Under the pieces are notes generated by a model. The model had not been told where the DNA came from, made no database searches, and was given only the letters and a program-made list of their open reading frames with translations. Both the position numbers and the translations under genes were made by a program. From assembly GCA_027351145.1 (NCBI GenBank), contig DAIEIZ010000076.1, positions 1 through 47,816 of the forward strand: DNA of 47,816 nucleotides, written 5' to 3'. This stretch comes from Candidatus Moraniibacteriota bacterium (lineage in GTDB: Bacteria > Patescibacteriota > Minisyncoccia > Moranbacterales > UBA2206). The first letter of the stretch is position 1. The number at the start of each line of letters is the position of its first letter. Below are positions 46,099-47,816 of this stretch, one piece after another.

Positions 46099-47214
46099 AT
46101 GAAAATAAAAAATATTAACGCTTCTTTTCTTGTTCTCGCAATTCTGATTTTATCCAGTTTTGCTTTTTATGTTGGCGCAGAAAATAACTCCAATGGAACC
46201 AAAAGTATTTTTCTTGACAGTGACCAAGACGGTCTTTCTGATGAGGAAGAAAAAATTTACGGCACTGATCCGCACAACCCCGACACTGATGGTGATGGCT
46301 ATTCCGACGGAGCAGAAGTGCGCAGTGGATATGACCCGCTAAAAAAAGCTCCGGGAGATAAACTTCCGGGCTTCAACGCTTCAGTTAGAGCAAATGCTTC
46401 CGATACAACAGATTCCACTGGTGTTGCCAGTGCAGTTCTTGGCGATACCTCCAAAAAAAACCTCACGAAAGATATTGCCCAAAAAATAAGCGATCTCGCA
46501 CAAACATCAGCCACCAGCAACACACCCATTTCCCTGGATGATTTGCAAGCAACAATCACTCCAGCCCTGGACAATAGCACGATTTCTGAAGACGATCTTC
46601 CTCCATATGACCCGAAAGAAGTGAAGATTAAAAAACAAAATTATGCAAATCTTGGGACGGAAAAAGCCAAAGCTAAAAAAAAGGAGGATTGCATAGACTA
46701 TCTCACAGCGATTGCCTTTATCTTCACTAGCAACTCGCCAGAACCAGTCACAAAACTTCCCGATGCTACTAATATGTTTTCAAAAATTACAACGGCGATC
46801 ACAACGGCGATCACAACTCAAAGCAATTCCGGACTAAAAGATCTCATCGCTAGCCAACAGAAGGTTGTGGAACAACTAAGAGCAGTGGAGGTCCCTGAAG
46901 ATTTGGTCGACATTCATGTCAAAGCAATGCGCTTTGCGCTTTACTCGGAAAATCTTGGAACACTGCTCCAAACAAAGGCGGATGACCCGATGACTAGCAT
47001 TGCTAACCTTTCCAAATTGCAAGGTTTCCTTTCTGTTTTTAGCGACTTTTCCACGGAGGTAGAGAACAAACTTGCTGAATATGACTTAACCTATGATGAA
47101 GCTGTCCAAAATAAACTAAAAAGCTATGGAATTGATGCGCCAAAAGATTTGAGCGGACTAGAGTCACTGATCAACACAAACACAACAGCTACAGCTGACA
47201 CAACAACACCATAA
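46099..47214 (+). CDS. Secreted protein with thrombospondin type-3-like Ca-binding repeats
   Basis: Signal peptide, then DSDQDGLSDEEEKIYGTDPHNPDTDGDGYSDGAEVRSGYDPL. Internal 12-nt tandem repeat ACAACGGCGATC x2 encodes TTAITTAITT. Confidence 0.7.
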   Translation: MKIKNINASFLVLAILILSSFAFYVGAENNSNGTKSIFLDSDQDGLSDEEEKIYGTDPHNPDTDGDGYSDGAEVRSGYDPLKKAPGDKLPGFNASVRANASDTTDSTGVASAVLGDTSKKNLTKDIAQKISDLAQTSATSNTPISLDDLQATITPALDNSTISEDDLPPYDPKEVKIKKQNYANLGTEKAKAKKKEDCIDYLTAIAFIFTSNSPEPVTKLPDATNMFSKITTAITTAITTQSNSGLKDLIASQQKVVEQLRAVEVPEDLVDIHVKAMRFALYSENLGTLLQTKADDPMTSIANLSKLQGFLSVFSDFSTEVENKLAEYDLTYDEAVQNKLKSYGIDAPKDLSGLESLINTNTTATADTTTP

Positions 47215-47360
47215 TTAATAATATATTTTCACATAGAAATCCTGATTGAAAGCATAAACCTTAAAGCACCCCCCCTAGACCATATTAGCAAAAAGCCACC
47301 GAGAATTTACTTAAAATTAGCTTGTCCGCCGAAGCTTCGGCGCAAGAGGATTAAAAAATA

Positions 47361-47816
47361 ATGCCAGAAAGCTCCAAAAAACAAAAAAACTATTTTTTAA
47401 AAAAAATTACTTTTTTTTTACTGACCTCAATGCTAGCGTTCCTTTCTCTTTTTATGCCGAGAGAAGTCTTTGCTTGGGATGCTGTTCCTGCGGCAATTTT
47501 TAAGCAAGCCACAGAAGAAATCTCCTATACAATCAAAGGCATGACAATGGGAGCTTTAAAACAAGCTGCTATCAAAATGCTTTCGCAACAAATGGATCGC
47601 TTCATTTCCGGAGTTTCAGGAAATGGTGCAAAATTTATCACTAACTGGGAAGACTACTTAATCAACAACCCCACTAGAAATGCTCAACGCTATGCCAATG
47701 ATTACATCAGTCGCGCCCTTTCGGGCAGGGGCAGTGTTAGCTATAAAAAAGCCAGTAATTCCGTTCTTGGTGCAAGCACAGTTGCTGGAGAAGGATTTGG
47801 AAAAGAAGCAGTATTA
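47361..47816 (+). CDS. Hypothetical secreted/membrane protein, 3'-truncated by the window edge
   Basis: ATG preceded by AGAGGA. Frame stays open to the end of the window (152 codons): MPESSKKQKNYFLKKITFFLLTSMLAFLSLFMPREVFAWD... Confidence 0.6.
   Translation, partial: MPESSKKQKNYFLKKITFFLLTSMLAFLSLFMPREVFAWDAVPAAIFKQATEEISYTIKGMTMGALKQAAIKMLSQQMDRFISGVSGNGAKFITNWEDYLINNPTRNAQRYANDYISRALSGRGSVSYKKASNSVLGASTVAGEGFGKEAVL

Noticed and set aside
47325-47342. A 16-bp palindrome, CGCCGAAGCTTCGGCG, upstream of the last ORF.
   Set aside because: It is a single short GC hairpin without a U-tract. It could be a weak terminator of the preceding gene, and nothing distinguishes it further.
1-47816. CRISPR arrays, rRNA genes, intact IS elements or prophage genes, and use of an alternative genetic code (UGA recoding).
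   Set aside because: No direct-repeat/spacer periodicity was seen. There are no rRNA-like conserved blocks and no intact transposase or integrase-with-att structure. All long housekeeping ORFs are intact under the standard code.

Overview
AT-rich bacterial chromosome segment of about 40 CDS and 12 tRNA genes. Almost all of it is housekeeping: translation (rplS, rpsA, rpsO, tilS, cca, rsmA, an RluA-type pseudouridine synthase), DNA metabolism (gyrA, pcrA, rarA, a Xer-type recombinase, comM/yifB, yraN), one-carbon and isoprenoid entry steps (folD, fhs, dxs), RNA turnover (pnp), ftsH, lspA, and many cell-wall remodelling proteins (PBP1A, LysM-CHAP, 3D-domain, G5/DPBB). The gene content, K/E-rich tails on ribosomal proteins and many small membrane or secreted unknowns suggest a reduced-genome lineage such as CPR/Patescibacteria; this is inference only, as no rRNA is present. 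The standard genetic code fits all long ORFs. The standout feature is an array of 13 parS-type centromere palindromes (TGTTCCACGTGGAACA / TGTTCCACGTGAAACA) within 1.4 kb at 19903-21319. All lie inside one intact O-antigen-ligase-like membrane protein ORF, are translated in all three frames (FHVE / STWN / PRGT), are grouped pair-triplet-pair-triplet-pair, and sit beside two perfect DnaA boxes. Next to it is a low-GC PD-(D/E)XK nuclease-like gene and a possible transposase remnant. Other points: a 750-bp ORF-free gap with a consensus promoter and long hairpins (candidate ncRNAs, family not recognised); a tRNA-Val bracketed by a perfect 16-bp inverted repeat; a structured leader before the LysM-CHAP hydrolase; and a recurrent (TGC)TAnAAT-N6/7-ATG arrangement implying leaderless mRNAs. 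No CRISPR array, intact mobile element or rRNA was seen.
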